Positions 40,446 to 55,000 of a stretch of DNA of 64,000 nt are shown piece by piece. Position numbers and translations under genes: made by a program. The notes below the pieces were generated by a model. The model ran no database searches and was not told where the DNA came from. It was given only the letters and a program-made list of their open reading frames with translations. The stretch comes from Chrysomallon squamiferum. Lineage: Eukaryota > Animalia > Mollusca. Position 1 is the stretch's first letter; each line of letters begins with the position of its first letter. Location of the stretch: the NCBI GenBank assembly GCA_012295275.1, contig CM022674.1:9610001-9674000 (forward strand). The letters run 5' to 3'.

Positions 40446-40576
40446 AGTGAAGATACAAACTCAGAAACTGTGGTCCAATTAGCTGAAAAGTAATAAACAA
40501 TACTGTAATTCACTTACAATTAGTGATAATTTGTCAGTATATATTCTTGGTTGGTTTACAGCTGTCTTCCAAGTCT
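40446..40576 (-). pseudogene. Duplicated fragment of the globin intron2/exon3 junction
   Basis: Near-identical to 44802-44920 (gtgaagatacaaac...tgtggtccaattagctgaaa...tacagctgtcttccaagtct), with small indels including an 8-bp insertion in the exonic part. Confidence 0.9.
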
Positions 40577-40646
40577 TACAGCAATACATCATTTTAGTAC
40601 ACATTGACTGTGTTGGAGGGGGTGGATTTTCGAACGTTACTTTTTA

Positions 40647-40770
40647 CAGTGGTACCTTGACTTAAAGTTTAATTCGTTCCGTGACCGAACTCGTAACTCA
40701 ATTTTCTCGTATACCAAATCAATTTTCCCAACTAAAATTAACTGAAATACCATTAATCCGTTCCAGCCCC
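40647..40770 (+). mobile_element. Truncated Tigger/pogo-type MITE end
   Basis: TA followed by cagtggtaccttgactta...ttcgttccgtgacc...ccattaatccgttccag, typical of Tigger-like termini. The other TIR was not found. Confidence 0.65.
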
Positions 40771-43700
40771 TCAAAAAAAAAAAAAACCTCATTTTTATTT
40801 TTTTTTTTATTTTTTTAACTTGTTTTTAAATAAGGAAAATGTATTTATGAATGACAAACTTTGTAAAAAAAAAAATAATAATAATAATAATAAAAGAGAA
40901 TGTAAAGAAATAAATTGGTTTTGTAAAGTGTATTTATCTTGGAGATCAGAATTTTTTGGAAATTTGGATTTGTGTACTATGGAAAGTTTTGGAAAAGTTA
41001 CGGAAATTTTGACAGACCAAGGCGTACGAACCCTGAAAAATACATGTTGTGCATGTGTTCTGCATTATGTCGAGTGTTATTTGTGACGTGACTGGTATCT
41101 GTAGTACAAGACATGAATAAATAAACAGATGCTGCATGAAAGCCGAATTAAGAAAACCGCATCTATTACAAAGTAAAACAAAGGGGGGAAAGTTTAATGC
41201 ATTTGATATTAATACTGTTATTAGAGCGGGTTTTGTTTTATTATTATTTTTGTAACTGTTAAACAATATTAGTAATTTCATTGTTATTAACTAGTTTGTT
41301 GAAAGTCACTGAGAAAAAACTGTCATTTTCTTTAAACTTTATTATTTTAAAAAATATCGGAATTGGCATGGTCTAAAGATATGTTCAAAAAATTTTTTTC
41401 AGAAATTGCACTTCATTTTTCATCTAATTTATTCTACTAAGATTCCATTTCTTTTTTCTTTTTTTATATTATTATTATTAATAGTAGTAGTAATAGTAGC
41501 AGTGCAAAGTAAATGATTCAGTTTAGAACTGATTTACTAACATCAAGAAAGTTGACGGGGAAAGGTTGATAATGCAACTTTTTTCACGATTTACATGTAG
41601 AAGGGCATTTTTAATCATTTTAAATTGTGGCATCTACAATTTTCCTTCTAAATCATCTAGATTGGTTTATGAAAATTATAATAAATAAAATCCTTGCATT
41701 TTGTAAATTGTAGATAATATTTTTATTAACGACATTATGGGTCTGCCTCGTGGACTATTTGAAGTGCTATAACAGTATATGGCGAACGAACACTAAACTG
41801 GGGTAGTCATTATCAACAATTTTAAGAAAAAAAAGTCTGTTGCGCGTTCATTTTTTATCTTAATCCAGTGCTTTCTGGTTAATATGATATTTTTAATTTT
41901 ATCAAACTAAATATCTCAGATTTGTATAACTTTATTATCATCTCAGCCTTTAGTAGTGCGTTAAAATATCGGGGTCTATGTGATCACTTAAATTTTTCCT
42001 CAGTAATTTTGTTGTAATAATGACTCGTGCTTCGGCGATTGTTATCTGTATGTTTGTTTTTGCTGTCTAAATATTTTTGGATGTTGGTCTGATACATCGA
42101 AGCGATTGAATAACGATTGTCGGTCATTATCAAAATTGGAAAGATGAAAGCATGAAAATAAATTATATGTAGTTGGAGGTTTGTTTTATTTCCTTCTCTT
42201 AAAACCGAGTATTATGTGAAAACTAGTTTCTGACATTATGTACTTATAGAAAAGCTTTTGTTTGACAGACGCTTTGTTAAATAATAGTTATTAGTGTTAT
42301 TTGGTCTAAGTGTATTGTTAGTTAATACCTTAAAAGATGCGTAATAACAGTATTTAATGAAAACCAGAAACAAAACTTTGAATTTAACTTTTTAAAATGT
42401 TTCCACTGCACATTGTTTTATATAATTAGTGGCAGACTACATCACACTCCCGCGACTTGTTAAATGAAAATAATTAATTTTACCTCGACAATACGTATTA
42501 AAATAAAACACACACACACACGTGTTTTTTCTCTTTCTCGCACATATGTTTTTCTCTTTCTCGCATATAATATTATGACTTGTTTGGTACCCGCGTATCA
42601 CATTTCTAATATATATGAAGGCGAAAAACATTTTGTTGTTGTTGTTGTTGTTTTGTGTTTTTTTACAAATAATACGCAATAATTAACCCAACATTTTGCC
42701 TTGCCTTGAAAGGTGATCAGTTTTGTTAACCGAAGAATTAAAATAAAATAAATGTACGTTATTTACCAAGGTTATGTAACATATTTTTGCGGTGTTGATA
42801 AAATAACCATAATACGATCATTCCAGCTGGCTTGTAAAATGATGTATAAAAGTTTGTAAATAATAATAAGTTATCTTCGATCACAATTTGATTTACAACT
42901 TGCTTTTCTTTTGTAATCTGAGATAAGAAAAATCCATATATACCAAAATAAAATGTATTGTTAATGTGGTGATAACACCCAGCTTAAGAACTTTTATAAT
43001 CCTGGAATAATTTGGCGATTACCTTGTACTAATATAATAAACTGATGAATAAGAAGATGAACATGTTTACAGCAACTGATTGTTACTCTGTAAGTTAAAC
43101 ACTAATTTATATTTTAATAACGTGTTGGTTGCTTATAATAATTATTATAAACGTTATATTGTCGATATGGATTTGTTTTTAATGTTTGTCACAAAAAGTA
43201 CTTTTATCTTGTACGATAATGACTTACATGATGATAATAACGACTTCGTTGTCAGTTACTACATACTCCAAGGATTATTAAATGTCTTACTAAAACAAAT
43301 GTTACTTTGTTATGAGTTAATTAATATTTCAAACTATTCAATATCAGCTGTGCTATCAAGTTTATTTATCAAGTAAGACATAAGCATATAAATAAAAACA
43401 TTTCCATTACTGCACTAACATTTTGTTCACATGTTCTTTATTGGTCTTGCCGTAAAACTGATTATATATAAAAAAAAATGGTCATATTTGTTGCTGCATT
43501 ATTTTCAGTACGAATAAGAAGATACACAGGTTGTAAATTCTGTAAACATTCCATAAATTTTTGTAAATGTATTTACTTTTTTAATAGTGTGTATGCATGT
43601 ACTACTTTTGCAAAAAACAAATACAGTTGTCTACATCTACAAACACCAAATTTGTAAAATAAATATATCAGTTAATAAGTTATTTTATTTTATGCTGAAA

Positions 43701-44340
43701 ACGCAATGAACAAGTACAAAAAGAAATATTTAGAAGATAAATACTGCGAATTTCAGAGACATTTCAAACAGATAATAAGATAGAGATACTTATACTGGGA
43801 AAACAAAATACAAAACACAAGTCTCAAATGCATAGCTGAGATTTCAGTAGAAACATCTTGTTTAACATGTAGTCCACATCAAAAAACATTCCTCGTATTT
43901 CAGTTTTCTGAAACTTACATTCAGTTACAGTCCACTTGATTCAAATAGAAAGACAGTTTAACGGGGTTTTTTTTAATTTTAACAACGCTTATAATAGTAA
44001 TAAAACATTTAAGAACAGGAGAAATAAATAATCACTGATAGTTATGTGTATTATAAAGGCACGTTATAGTTGAAAAAAGACAAATATATTTTCCTTATTC
44101 TTTTTTCCAACATTTTTATAATAATAATAATAATAATAATAATAACAGAATAAAGGTAATAAAATAAATAAATATATTTAAATTTAGTATTTATGTGAGA
44201 ACAATCTGATTTATCACTTCATAATAGTGTCAGTCTGAAAAGTCTTATTTATATCATCTGCATGCATATTCAGTGTAAGTAGAGTTAATAAATAAATTTA
44301 AACATCCTGCAAATAAAAGGCCACATCGGCATTCAGTTTG

Positions 44341-44342
<2 letters not shown>

Positions 44343-44391
<49 letters not shown>

Positions 44392-44400
44392 TGTGTGTGT
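44343..44400. repeat. (GT)n microsatellite
   Basis: Direct read of the sequence. Confidence 0.95.
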
Positions 44401-44701
44401 TCCTTTTATATACATATAGATATATATATATATGGTAAATAATGCCTGTACGACATATATTATGCGTGTGCATGGATAAGTGCGTTTGTTGCGAACATGT
44501 ACATACAAATGTTCAGATCTGAGGAACTGGTTGTGTACTGACGGTAAACTGCCTACAAAACAGTTTGCTGTTAGTCGATGCCGAGACGTGTTTCTTCTTT
44601 CACTCGATTGCTGAAACATGTCAGATTAAACTGCTGTCATAAAAATGTGTTATTCACTGATACACACACATCTGAACACTTATGTAGAGATGCGTTCGTC
44701 G

Positions 44702-45718
44702 CTAATCAGGCATAGTACTTTTCATGTAGAATGTCATTAAACTGAACAAAGCCGCCCATGCTTCTGTGTGTTCGTCCGTCCAGACGTCTTGCATTTGTTT
44801 TAGTGAAGATACAAACTGTGGTCCAATTAGCTGAAACGTAATAAACAGTACACTTATAATTAGTGATAATTTGTCTATCAGTATATATTCTTGATTCGTT
44901 TACAGCTGTCTTCCAAGTCTGACGCAGAAATAAAATAACGCTTTAATGAAGCATACATACTCATATGCATGCATGCATACAAACAAATATACATACATAT
45001 GCACATATAAACTTATAATTGATTATACATGGATATTTATGTGCAAATATTTGATTTTAATATAGCATATGAAGTAAGATATTTAATAAAATATATATTT
45101 CCAACGGTTATTCTCCTTTAATATCGATCTTTCTTTCGAAAAGTAACTAGTAAATAACCATTAAGTTATTTTAATTTATTTAAAAATTAATAAATTTAAC
45201 TACCTATCATTAACAGTCGTTTTAATTTATTTAAAAAATAATTTCATGACCTGTATGTTAAATATTTTGTTTGTTCTAGTTTCAGAATTAAGGAGTCTAT
45301 CCAAAAGTCGGTTATATCAAAAAGTTTTCATTTAATATATAATTTTATTTTACTGCATGTAATATATGTTGTTATGGTGATTTGTTTTCAATATCTTATA
45401 CTGCATAAAAAGTATAAAGTAAATTGTTAGTATTAATAAATGTAGATTATAGAAGACAAAAAAATTACCTAAATGCTTTAGTAAGTAAGTAAGTAATACA
45501 TCGATAAATAAATAAATAAATAAATACAATTTCATTATCATAAATCGTTATACTCACTTGTAGCTTAGGTTTCAAGATAACTTGTTTAAAATATAAATAA
45601 GGATGATAAAATATTTTATCAGTACTTTTGATAGCTAGTATTCTCACATTAAAGTTTAGGTTTACAGACATTTACTGACATATGTAGACTCTATTTCATA
45701 CATACTGATTCATCTGAC

Positions 45719-45786
<68 letters not shown>

Positions 45787-46244
45787 GCTATTATTCGTTT
45801 AAATTAATCAATTAATTTTGTTATATCTCTGTGAGACATTAGTACTCTTTATGGTATATTCGACATACGAATGATTTGAATTACTCGGGGTTTCTGAATT
45901 ATCTTGTGTCTGTATGTTATTTTCTATAATTTACACTAACTATACTTACATCAATAAATTCTTTTCTTACACTATAACCGACATGTCTTTTTCCGAGAGA
46001 GACCATTATAGCTTCCAGTTTGTCTGTGTCGTCAAGTCTGTTAATACACTTTTCTACTGTTCCCATGACTCTGAGCGCGTGGTCTCTCAGAATAACACTG
46101 TTTTTCATTTCGGACTGAGACAGGCCACGGAACAACTGAAACGATTCCTGGAATTCAGGATATGCTTCAAAAAGCCTGTATCAGAAATAAAAAGACTTGA
46201 ATATAAAATAAAACTATCAAAAAGGAAATTAAAATGATATCATC

Positions 46245-46289
<45 letters not shown>

Positions 46290-49200
46290 TTATAAATCGA
46301 TATTAGGCGGAATGAGAAAAAGAAGATGAAATTCATTTTATTTTTTTTATTGTTTTTTAAAGTATTAAAATAAATAATTTATTGATTGCTTTAACACTGG
46401 ATAGCCGTAATCAGATATTCAGAACAAAAGCATGCAAAGTTTAATTCATTATGAAATTGTCAACACTTTAATTAAAAGTCCAGTTACCTTTAAACATAAA
46501 AATATCTTCAAATTATTTACAGTTCAATAATGTATTCAGCAGAATGATTTTGATCTGAAATCTTATTTTTTCTACACTTCTCCTGAATATCAGGACATGC
46601 TTTCTGAGATTTTAATTTTAAACATTTATTATGTTTGTTTTTTAAATATGATAAATTTATAAGGTACGTAGATGGATAATCTATGCAGTCAAGATAATTA
46701 CCACAGAAGGAAAAATATTATGATAATGATGATGATGATAAAAAGAAGAACAGAAAGAAATGTAATGGTAAAATAAATTTTAAAAATTGTGTCCGGACAA
46801 TTTTAATAATGCAATTTTTGATAATTAACATTTTCAAAATGATAATTTAAAAAACAATAATAATAAATAAATAAATAAACAAAATTTTCGAACTGGTTTT
46901 GATAGAACTGCTTGCTACAGAGAATGAAAACACTGTGTTGATGTCCACGGCAGTGCTGAGTACAGCGGCCTGTGGTAACTCTTCTTTCAACTTTCCTTGT
47001 ATAAAACATGTTTCAAATATCAAACAAGAAAACATACAGGTGATAAATTGTTATAAAGAATATGTTTATCCTGTAGTGGTCTGCGCTAATAATAACAAAA
47101 AAACATAATTAAACACATTGTTTTGTAATAAATTTACAGCAGTGGCATAATTTATTTATATATTTATTTATTTTCCTTGCTATACTTTATGATAGTGTAT
47201 CTAGTAAAGAAATATATATAATGAAAGGACTGAAATGGAAACATCTGTTTATTTAAGTCTGTACTGTCTGCAGAAGACTGTTTGTTTTACATGCTTATCA
47301 GAGAATGGAGATGATTAATTCTTCAAAAATTATTCTACAGGAAAATAAAGTGATTCTTAGATATGTATTATTCACTTCTGATCTTTCCATAAATGTATTA
47401 GAAGGGAAATAGCCTATGGAAACGTTCGTAAAATGAACTAAAACACAATTAACGATTTATTTCCATTACTCTTCTCACTGTATGATCCGTGTTTAGCCTT
47501 TTGTAGCTACAGAATACAAATATTAGTCGACAAAAATGATAAATGCAGTCAATTTATAATGAACAATTTCGACTTTGACAAAATGGGTTTTTGTCTGCCT
47601 CTCTGTATGTGTGTGTGTATGTGTGTGTGTGTGTGTGTGTTTATTTTATTGTGTTGTCAGGAGTACTGATTAATAATTACTGCTTGCTTCTATTGAAAAT
47701 TTTATACTTGTACGCCGGTAACCGGATCAGTTTTGTCAGGGATCCTTCGGTTTTTAACGAGTCCATCATGGGAAGATTCCGAAGATAACTTCCTGTTGTC
47801 CAAATTGCATGAGGCCATGCTCATAATTACTCAGATCTGGTCATACTCATGCAAATATATAGTCGAGTATAGTTTCTGTAATGAAGTCATAACAGTAGTC
47901 GTTCCATGCTTATGACAAACTTTATCATATCAACATAGTAAAGTATGCAAAACTACGTCGGTCATATAAAATAACTGATTGTTCTTTAAAATAGCTAGTA
48001 TACTGCCTCCGTATTTGATTACTGTCTCTCTCTGTGTTGTATGACGGACTGTGTGTGTGCTTGTTATGTCGGCCTATGTGTGCTGCAAGTCTGTCTTTAC
48101 AAGATCAAGGTATGTCTAGTATAAGTGTTTGGATTTATCGAAGATATCTACATACCTATGTTAATTGCTTAAAACAGTTTCATATATTAAATAATGTTTT
48201 ATTATTTTTTTATACTAACTAAAAATGTTTTTGCACATGTTGAATATATTACGGACATTCATTTACACGTACGCATGCATATATAACATTTACGAACCCC
48301 TCCCCCCCAAAAAAAAAACCCCAGATACAAATTGCAGAAATAAAAATAATGGTACTATTACTAATGGTAATGCTAGTAGCAGTAGAGATAGCGGTGATAG
48401 TAATAATTATATATAAAGTTACACACACACACACGCGTACGCACATGTACACACATACACTCATATACACCTAGAGAGAAATAAATAAGACAGAGTAATA
48501 ATTGTATTACTTGTTCTAATAATAATAAAATTATCAATTGTACCAACTATTTCGTTAGAAATATAATAATTAAACCAAATATACGAAACAAGAGCGAGTA
48601 AGAAAACACTAATTTGACTAACATTATTTCAGTGAGTGTTAACTCTGTAACATGGACATTTCCCAGATGACATCTTCAAAAGAGGTTACTAATATTACAG
48701 CTTGACAGTTTGATTCTATTAATGTAATCTGTTTACCGTTATTTCATATTACTAAATCTAGCACCATGACAACAAATAACATTTCACTTTCAGTGTTTAT
48801 TTAATAATACGTCCTGAAGCACTTCACTTCAGAGTTGACCTGGAAGACCTTGCAATGTTTTGAGGGCAAATTACAACTTGACTCGTGGACACACAATGAT
48901 GGTTTTAGTCGTTATTTTTACAGTGTCATCATAATTAAGACTTGCAAATTATGAATTTGTTTGTGTCCAGTGAAAGACTTGAAACGGAGTCTTTGTAATT
49001 GTTACTGTAATTAGTTGCCGTTTGTAACTAACAATACTAATGTCTATTTATCTATATAATCTGCCTGTCTCTAACTATCTATCTATCTAGCTATTTATCT
49101 ACTATCTATATATATATATTCTTTTTTACTGACCTGTGAAAAAATACTTTATAATCATAAAAGTACGCAGTGGTGATTTTAGATATCTCTAACCAATCAC

Positions 49201-50366
49201 ACTGATAGATTATAACATCGTATTAGCCAGAGTAACAGAATTTTTTATTTTTTTTATTTTGAATTCTCATTATTTCTTTCTGATCACCAATTAAAAGCTG
49301 AATTTATTTAAAGACCTGTGTATTTATTTTGTTTATCAATCCAGGCGATCTCAGGCGATAGCGAGTAATTATATTCTACGTTTTAATACTCAGGATTTAC
49401 TTTACAGCTGTTTAATACGTAAAATAAAACACAATAAGCGATATCGATGATTTCGTGAATGATTGTTTGTCTTCAACGTAAACTAAAGTCGTATTTGTGT
49501 TGATATAAACGATAAATGTGAACCTCTATTGCCAGCAATTACATTTACAGTGATTCTCGAGGCTACAGTTTGTGTAATGTCACTGAAGCAATACTGAGTT
49601 TTGAAATTAACTTACTGATTGAAAAAAAGAAAAGTAAACCTATAAAAAGTACACTCAATTTCCGTCTAAGCCATGGTGCGTTATCAAACACAAGTTGAAA
49701 TCAATGTTTTTGCAAGCAGGTTTAGCAACATAAAGACAAGAATTCCCGATATACAAGACGAAATTTAATTGCTATTAATGTTTATGGTCTAAAGATTAAA
49801 AATACAGAATTTCAAAGACAGAACTCTGAAAGATTAGAAACTAATTTTACATATGCTCAGTGACGTATAAAAGAAAACAGATCATGCACAGAATGACCAA
49901 TTTCACAATAATTCATCAATATCTCTAACACTAGTAGTGATAACGCGACGAGAAACAGAAGTCAGGGCATTGTCTTCAGTTATAATTTATTCCCCGCTTA
50001 ATTCCAAACAATAACCAAAAGGTTAACCTTCATTCATTAATTTAAAGAAACCATCATTATATCTGGACACCTCGTGTAAAGAGTAACAATAATGACAAAT
50101 TAAGTTGTGATAGATCTAGACAACATCAAATTATTTAAATTCATCCATTACGTTAGGGCTTTCAAATAGTTTTTGAGTAAGGATGAAAACACGAATGAGA
50201 GATAAACGTAAAATTTTATGCACATATTTGATTAGAGAAATGCAGCAGGCGGTGGAGGCCACTGTAGATCGCGGCGATAGCAGTCATAATGTGGAAGCCC
50301 TGCATTACTTACACACACAGTCGCACACAAACACACACACAACAAACACACATTCACACACAGATG

Positions 50367-50410
<44 letters not shown>

Positions 50411-52004
50411 TACCTCGGTAAATTCGGACTAAATCCGGAAGATGGTAGTTGTAAATATTTATGAGCGGAGCGTCAAATTATCTTCCACATCATCGTAATT
50501 TTTTTCATTATTATAATTACTATAATATTTTTGTGACTAGCAATATTTTCTGAGGCTTTAAAAGGAAGAAGTGAGAACAGAAAAAAGGTGCAACTTAGTC
50601 TCGGTCAGAAGTTATAAGTAATGTAACTTCTTGAATCAGGCGTCTCTCTCTATATATATATTGTTCTGACATTATTTTATTTTCTGTTTTAATATAGCTG
50701 TTACGATTACTTCCCATCGGTCATATGCTTATTTGTCATACAGGTCAAGGTTTGGTGCATACTTAATCCTCTTCCCGTCACCCACATAACAAATGGTATG
50801 ATCCCACATTGTTGTATATTGTATCTAAATAAATGAAAGAAAGGTTTATAATAATTTATACATTTTATTTCTTCCAGATAACTTGATCACTTAAGTTTCA
50901 GCATAGGTTTTCAACCTAGGGGTCTTTTTTCTGGGGGTCGCGAGGGTATGTTTTAGCTTTTGTCAACTTGACTTGGAAGGAGGAATAAATAAAAACGTGT
51001 GCTAGGTTTCGGACCCGTCACAGTGAATATAGATTCCTTTTGTACTGTCTTTGGTTGATGAAAATATGGTAACCCTAGATGTTATTGAATCAAACATTTT
51101 GAAGGGGGTCATCGGTCATATTGAGTTGCTCATAAGGGGTCGCGGTATGAAAAAGGTTGAAAACCAGCGGCCTACAGCATCTAAGAACTGAGGGAGCGTC
51201 TTGACTCTCTGCTGCAATTGATGCAGGTTGTTGTTGGTGTGTGGCCAGTTGGTCTCATGGTGGTTCCAGAGCGGCAGGGAGAACTGAGCATCATCATCAA
51301 TCCAGTTGACGACCATGTAGTAGTCACTGAACTCTTGGGCACAAGGAACATTTGGTGTCGAGTCCATGGTTTCAATCCATGCGTCCTGAATTTTGTTTTG
51401 TAGTAGTAGAGCTCGTCTGGCAGCCCTGCGGATCCACTGTGAAAACATGTCTCCTTAAAAATCCTTCTCCTATTTAAGATCAACATCTCCATATAACTGA
51501 GTAACCATGAACACATGCTGCCCACCGCCAAGACTAGTTGATTATTCCCCAAACAGGGCTGCCCAACTTACTTAACGATTGACTGCTTTCCAAACTGTAT
51601 GATTATTGAGAGGATACCGCTGTTATCAGTGAAGTGCAGAGGGTGGGGGCCGAAGGGGCGGTGGCCCTAGGCATCCAAATAGGGGATCCATCCAATCAGA
51701 GAAAAGAACTTAATAAATCTGGTTGATTTATATTTAAATCGAATAAAAAAATTATTTTATGTTTTATCTGTGTTTACATATTAAAAATATCTCATTTACA
51801 TATATATAGGCCTTACACTTGAGTCTTTGGGGCAGACGTTCAAGGAGTTGACCCCGGGAATCATCAGACTCTACAGCCACTGGCTGTCATGTGTACTAAA
51901 ATTTAATGTTATGGTAAATTCTGAGTTAATGTTTACATTCGCGATTTTATTGAATTTTTTATGTTTTATTTTATTTTATTTATTTATTTTATTATTATTA
52001 TTAT

Positions 52005-52037
<33 letters not shown>

Positions 52038-55000
52038 GGTGCAGTTTTTCGCATCGGTGAAATTAGTTATGGAAATCGAGGGTCCATAGTTTAAACTGTT
52101 ATAGTATCTATATAGTGATGCATTAACAAATGAATGAGAGCTAGAAAACAAAATCAAATACAAAACTGCTCTAACAAGTTGTTCGAAAATAAGAGGAAAT
52201 TCCAGATCCATTTTTAGTAAGTTACACTGCTCTGTCTTTCTAAATAAAACACACCGAGCAATAATAATCAATATTATTGTCAATTTCTACTGAAAAAGTG
52301 ATTTTCAGGTGACATTTAAGAATGCGTGAAACCAAACTCAGGGTCTTTAACTCTGATCTAGAGTAGATTATGTCCCCTGAAGTAGATTATAATTAAGTGT
52401 CTGGGAAAGACCGCGGTCAACAGTCTATTAACCTGACAACATCACAGGAAATGTCGTTTTATTCCCACAGGCAGCAGATAGTTAGCTAAAGTGTGTGATA
52501 CTAATTCTAAATCCTTTTCTTGAATCGATAATCATTTCTAAAGAAGGACATTTTGATCAAGTATACTGCTATAACGTCGAACGAACATCCAAAGAATAGA
52601 CAAGAAGTTCACATATTCTAATAAATAAATAAATTAAATGACTATTTATTTTTATTATTATTATTATTTATTTTCATCCAGCTGTTTGGAGGTATATCGT
52701 GCTGAATCATCTCTTGACATCCTTTATTTTCTTGAACTGGAATGAGACTTTATTATCCACATTTTTTCAGTTATGAACACCGATTGAAGATATTTTTATT
52801 ACTTATTTTTCATCAATCATCCATATCAGTATATTGATGACCTTGATATCAAAACTCGAATGACAAACATCATATTATTTTTCTCATAGTACGAGTGCAT
52901 TATAGACTGAATAATTATTATCACGTAATATATATTTTTTGAATTCATGACATCTTATATGATCCACTTTTACATCATACATTACATTTGTCAGATTTAT
53001 CTGTGTCATATCTTGCTGCATCATACTGAACCATATCGTATCATTTCGTTTATATTATCTTATTGCATAATATCACAAGTTACTGTGTCGTGTCATACTG
53101 AATCGTTTAATGGCGTGTTCTGTTTTACAGTGTCGTGTTATTCAATATTATATCATGTCATATCATATCTTTTCATATTTGGTACAGTTTGTATTACATA
53201 TACAATTTTAATTAAATTATATATTATAATGAGATATAACATGATGCCATAGTGAACTTTTAATTATACTGCAGAGAATATCATGTTAGATTAGCTTCTG
53301 TTTAAATGTACCTCGGGACTTTGTATGCGTTAAGTTATGATATTCTTTACAGTAAACTGCAGTGTGATTATGTGCATTAATGTGATGGCTGAAATTATAT
53401 AGTCTGATCATAGTTAAAAGTCGATATCATCAAAGGTTTATTCGTATGACAGTTTTATTAATAATGACTGCTGTCCAGTAGTGTGTGATGAATCACCTGT
53501 ACTCACGACATGTTCGTCTTACACAATAAGGCGATGTTTAATAACGTTTAGAGGATCCATTATCGAAAATAACAAAAACAGTTATACGTACTTCTCATAC
53601 TATAAAACAACAGTAGCAGTGGTGGTGGTAGTAATGGTGGTTTGGTAGTGATGATGATGATGATAATCTAATTAACACGAATAAACTATAATTAGTCTTT
53701 ATCGCTAGTGAATATATCAGTTATGTAAGTGTAATTCAGCAGCAGGCAATTTTTGTCTGTTTTCTAACAACTTCTGCAGAGGATAGGAACGTTATTCATG
53801 TCTCTTATACAACATAGCATTTTCTAGAGAACAGAGAGTGTGGTTTCATACAATTTTCCTTAAAATATTTATGTGAGTTGAAAATGACATTAGTTTGGTG
53901 TCTTTTTATTTGTTAACATAACCGTCTAACCAGCGCTGAAGTTCCGACTCCATCACCCAAAGGAAGTAAGTTATGGTCTATTGATCGATAGCAGGTGTCA
54001 GCTTCAAAAGATGTCTTATTCGATTTGCTTGTAAACTCTTTTCCATGTTGGTAGGGAAGCGTTTTTCTGTCTCTGCTTAACACATTCTGCTATCAACTTC
54101 TATAACTCTGAAAACATTTGAAAGCTTAAACTGTGCAGACCTCTTAATTTTTAAATGTTAATGTTTGTCCTGGATACTGCTGTCAGATGATGACGATTAC
54201 ATTTCATCATACAGTCGTCACCTATCTTTGCAAACGGTTTAATTTTCTCATAATATTCAAACCAACATTGATAATAAATTTTATTTAATTACTACTAGTA
54301 TTACTTATATAAACATAAGTTTTGGATAAGACGTTTCAGAGCCGTATATTTTAAATTACTGCCGCTTGTTTTCTCCATTTGAATATTATCCACACATGAA
54401 AAAAGATTTATTTTGCTTGTGATTTTTTTTTCTTCTTTCTTTCTTTCTTTCTTTATTTCTTTATTTTATTTTAATTTTTTTTCCCCATATTTTTTTCTAC
54501 GCATTTAAAGTATAGTTTGATCATTTTTGTGGTAAATGTAACGCATTCGGTTTTAAAAGTAATGGATGACGTCAGAGACTGTTAGTCTAACCTTTCGGGA
54601 GGACTGGAATATTTCTGAAAATGTCGATTTTATCAGCTACAAACAAGCGAATTTGCTATACAAGACCAGTCTGTGTTTTAGTAATTATTACTCGCACGTG
54701 TTGCTGCACATTAAAAATCTTAAACTACGCGTAATTCCTTGTTGTTTCAATAAATTTAGAGAGAGATATATTTACTGGGATTGCTCTTTTTTCTTCTTTT
54801 TTTTAGCGACACTGATTAATATATGTTTTTATTAATGCATCGTTTACAGACATAAAGACACACACACACACACTTACACACACATACACATATATAGTGG
54901 CATGCAGAGGTCTGGTGATGCCAGAGGCCAACTCCTTGATTGTCTGCCCCAAAGATTCAAATAAAAGGCCTAGTAGTGAGCAGTATGAGAAAGAAAGATA

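Larger units (their letters stand above)
39998..41035. mobile_element. Non-autonomous DNA transposon with 13-bp imperfect TIRs and a 6-bp TSD
   Basis: Left end cggggatcttacg; right end cgtacgaaccctg (reverse complement cagggttcgtacg). aaaaat flanks both ends (39992-39997, 41036-41041). tggaaa-type subterminal repeats near both ends. Confidence 0.7.

Noticed and set aside
53501-53511. ATG TC|gtgagt micro-exon in phase with globin exon 2
   Set aside because: It would delete helices A and B. Such a short pattern is expected by chance in 16 kb, and nothing else supports it.
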